The notes beneath the pieces were generated by a model, which searched no databases, was not told where the DNA came from, and worked only from the letters and a program-made list of their open reading frames with translations. Of a DNA stretch of 64,000 nucleotides, positions 61,133 to 64,000 are shown piece after piece. This DNA is from Pristiophorus japonicus (Eukaryota), in contig NC_091980.1 of NCBI RefSeq assembly GCF_044704955.1, forward strand, positions 130,138,001 through 130,202,000, read 5' to 3'. Positions within the stretch are counted from its first letter, which is position 1. Each line of letters opens with the position of its first letter. Made by a program: the position numbers and the translations under genes.

Positions 61133-64000
61133 TGTGAAGTCCTGTCCCCTCAGTACAGATTCACATGAGGCATGTAGTGAAGTCAAGGTCACTCTGGACC
61201 TGTACCTTTATTTCACAGCTCTGGAATGCTGCACTTGCCTGAGACCTGTTCTTGTATACCTGTCTCTTGCAAGTGCACCCCTGGTGGTAAGATATGCTCG
61301 TGCTTACAGGTCATATCTTTTATTTATATATACACCACCCTCCCCCAAGGTCTTATTGTCTTTATAGGTTCAGTCTCAGGTGGTCTACGCTCTCGCATGG
61401 AGCATCTGAGTTGTTCAGTTTTTTGCCTTGTTGTCTGTTTTTCTTTGGGTGTGGTTGCTGGTATCTCGACTGAGCTGTCTGTTTCAATTGGTGTGATTGT
61501 TGTTGACTCGCCTGGGCTGTCTGTTGCGATTACCCTTTCCTCAGGTTGTTCCCTCCATCTGTCCATCAGGTGTGATGCGAGTTCCACATTGTAGTCTGCC
61601 CCTCTGGTTCCACAGTGTTGTTGGTAAATCTGATTTTGACTTGGTCTACATGCGTCTGGCAGGTTTTGCCATTGTCCATTTGTACTACCAGTCGCCTGTT
61701 TCCTTCCTTGCCCGTTACTGTCCCTGCAAGCCATTTGGGACCTCTGCCATAGTTTACTACAAACACTTTGTTCCCTATCTCATTCCATCTCCCCCCTCGA
61801 ATTTCTGTCATGGTACTCAGTCAGCTTATGGTGCTTTGCCTCAACGATTTCATGCATGTCTGGGAGGATTAATGAGAGCCTTGTTTTTAAAGTCTTTAAC
61901 ATCAACAGTTGCACGGCGGGATCCCAGTCAATGAGTGCAGACGAGATCTGTATGCCAGCAGCAGTCACGACAGGTGACCCTGCAGCGTGCGACCTTGTAT
62001 TTTAAGCATGCCTTGTTTAATGATTTGCATTGCTCTCTCCACCTGGCTGTTGGAGGCTGGCTTGATGTGATTTATGCCGTGGTCAATTATAAAATCTTGG
62101 AATTCTGTGCTGGTGAAGACGGACCATTGTCACTGACCAATATGTCAGGGATTCCATGCATTGCAAACGTGGTTGCAAGGTTCTCCAGTGGTGGAGGTTG
62201 TGCTCGGGTTTAAAATGGTGCATTCGATCCACTTTGAAAATGCATCTACAACTACGAGGAACATTTTGGCCATGACTGGGCCCGCATAGTCTATGTGCAC
62301 CCATGACCACAGTTTGGTAGGCCAGGGCCCAGGGGCTCAAGACCCTCCCTGGGGGCATTGCTGAGCTAGGCACAAATGGTGCACCTTTGTACGCGGAGCT
62401 CCAAGTCCACGTCAACACCAGGCCACCAGATGTGGGATCTGGCGATGGCCTTTGAGAATGATCCCCGGGTGCTCTCAGTGCAGCTCCCGGACAAATGCCT
62501 CTCCGCCTCGCAGAGGCATGTCTACTTGGCTACCCCACATTAGGCAGTCTGCTTGTAGTGATAGCTCATGCATGCGCCTGTGAAAGGGTTTTAATTCCTC
62601 GGGGCAGTCATCACGAGCCAGTCACTGGTTAGGACACATCTTTTTATGAAGGATAGCGTGGGGTCGCTGGCTGTCCAGGCTCTGATTTGGCGAGCCGTCA
62701 TTGGCGAATCTGTGGACTCAAAGGCATTGATTGCCATGACTATCTTAGTCCTATTCATCAGACCCTTCCGTGGTCACCAGGGTAGCCTGCTGAGCATGTC
62801 GGCAGTTGTCTGCCTTATGGTATATTCGTAGGACACCAACATGAGTGGCCACTGTTGAATTCGCGCTGGGGTGTTAGCGTTTATTGCCTTGCTCTTGGAT
62901 AGGAGGGACGTGAGGGGCTTGTGGTTGGTTTCTAACGCGAACTTGGCTCCGGAAAGGTATTGGTGCATCTTTTTGACACCGTACACGTACGCGAGCGCCT
63001 TCTTTACCATTCTGTACCCGCGCTCCACCCGCGAAAGTGACCTGGAGGCATAAGCTATGGGTTGTAATTTGCCCGCAGTATTCACATGCTGCAAAATGCA
63101 CCCGACCCCATACGCTGACGCATCGCATGTGAGAACCAGTTTTTTAAATGGATCAAAGATTCAAAACACTGTTGGAACACAGAAGGTTATGTGCCTTTAT
63201 TGAAGGCGCGTTCCTGGGCGTCCCCCCAAAACCAATCGCACCCCTTCCTGAGCAGCACATGGAGAGGCTCCAGCAGCATGCTCAAGGTCTGCATAAAGTT
63301 CCCAAAGTAATTGAGTAGCCCAAGAAAGGCGTGCAGTTCTGAGACATTCTGGGGCTTGGGTGCCAGGCGAATTGCTTCTGTTTTGGACTCTGTTGTGCAG
63401 ATTCCGTCAGCGGCAATCCTTCTGCCCAAAAATTCAACCTCTGGTGCGAGAAATAGGCACTTGGATTTCTTGACTCGTATGCCTACCTGATCCAACCGCT
63501 TTCGTACTTCCTCCAAATTATGGAGATGGGAGTCTGTGTCCCTGCCCGTGATAAGTATGTCGTCTTGCAATACAACCGTCCCCGGGATAGACTTGAGTAG
63601 ACTCCATGTTGCACTGGAATATGGCAGCTGCCGACCTGATGCTGAATGGGCGTCGATTGTACATGAAAAGGCCTCTGTTAGTTGATGGTGAGTAGCTTGG
63701 ATTCTTTGGTCAATTCTTGCGTCATCTTTACAGAGGTGAGGTCTAGGTTTGAGAAGTTTACCTCCAGCCAATGTGGCAAATAAGTCCTCCACTCTGGGCA
63801 GCGGGTACTGGTCCTGTAGGGAGACTCTGTTTATGGTAGATTTGTAGTCCCCACAGATTCGTACGGATCCATCAGGCTTCATGACTGGGACGATGGGACT
63901 TGCCCAGACGCTAAATTCCACAGGTGATATAATGCCTTTCTGCAGAAGCCCGTCTAGTTCATGTTCAATCTTTTCCCTCATCACACAGGGTACAGCTCTG
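61133..64000 (-). mobile_element. Degenerate Ty3/Gypsy element (3' LTR 61133-61334, PPT 61335-61346, integrase, RNase H, RT); continues past the window
   Basis: LTR matches 3958-4202; PPT GGGGGAGGGTGG on the minus strand; RT ORF 63187-63984 (LQDDILI, FLGLLNYF); 61510-64000 aligns with 1-2480. Confidence 0.93.

Overview
This is eukaryotic, repeat-rich vertebrate DNA. It is most likely a cartilaginous fish, inferred from the DeuSINE-, CR1-, RTE- and Gypsy-type repeats and not proven. The window is a head-to-tail tandem array of seven 4-exon ferritin genes (H/M-type, 176 aa, all + strand). They fall into three structural types in the order A1(partial)-B2-A3-B4-C5-B6-A7(partial), built mostly from a duplicated ~17-20 kb two-gene unit. 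B2 and A3 have complete open reading frames, and the visible exons of A1 and A7 are open. B4, C5 and B6 carry disabling lesions. No copy has a canonical 5'-UTR iron-responsive element, and types A and C carry what looks like a decayed IRE at the expected cap-proximal position, suggesting an expanded ferritin family released from IRP translational control. Introns and spacers hold nested transposon relics whose filled and empty sites order the duplications: Gypsy elements and solo LTRs, CR1, L2, RTE, Tx1-like, Penelope, a hAT fragment, a DeuSINE and a Deu-derived minisatellite. There are no prokaryotic features and no CRISPR.
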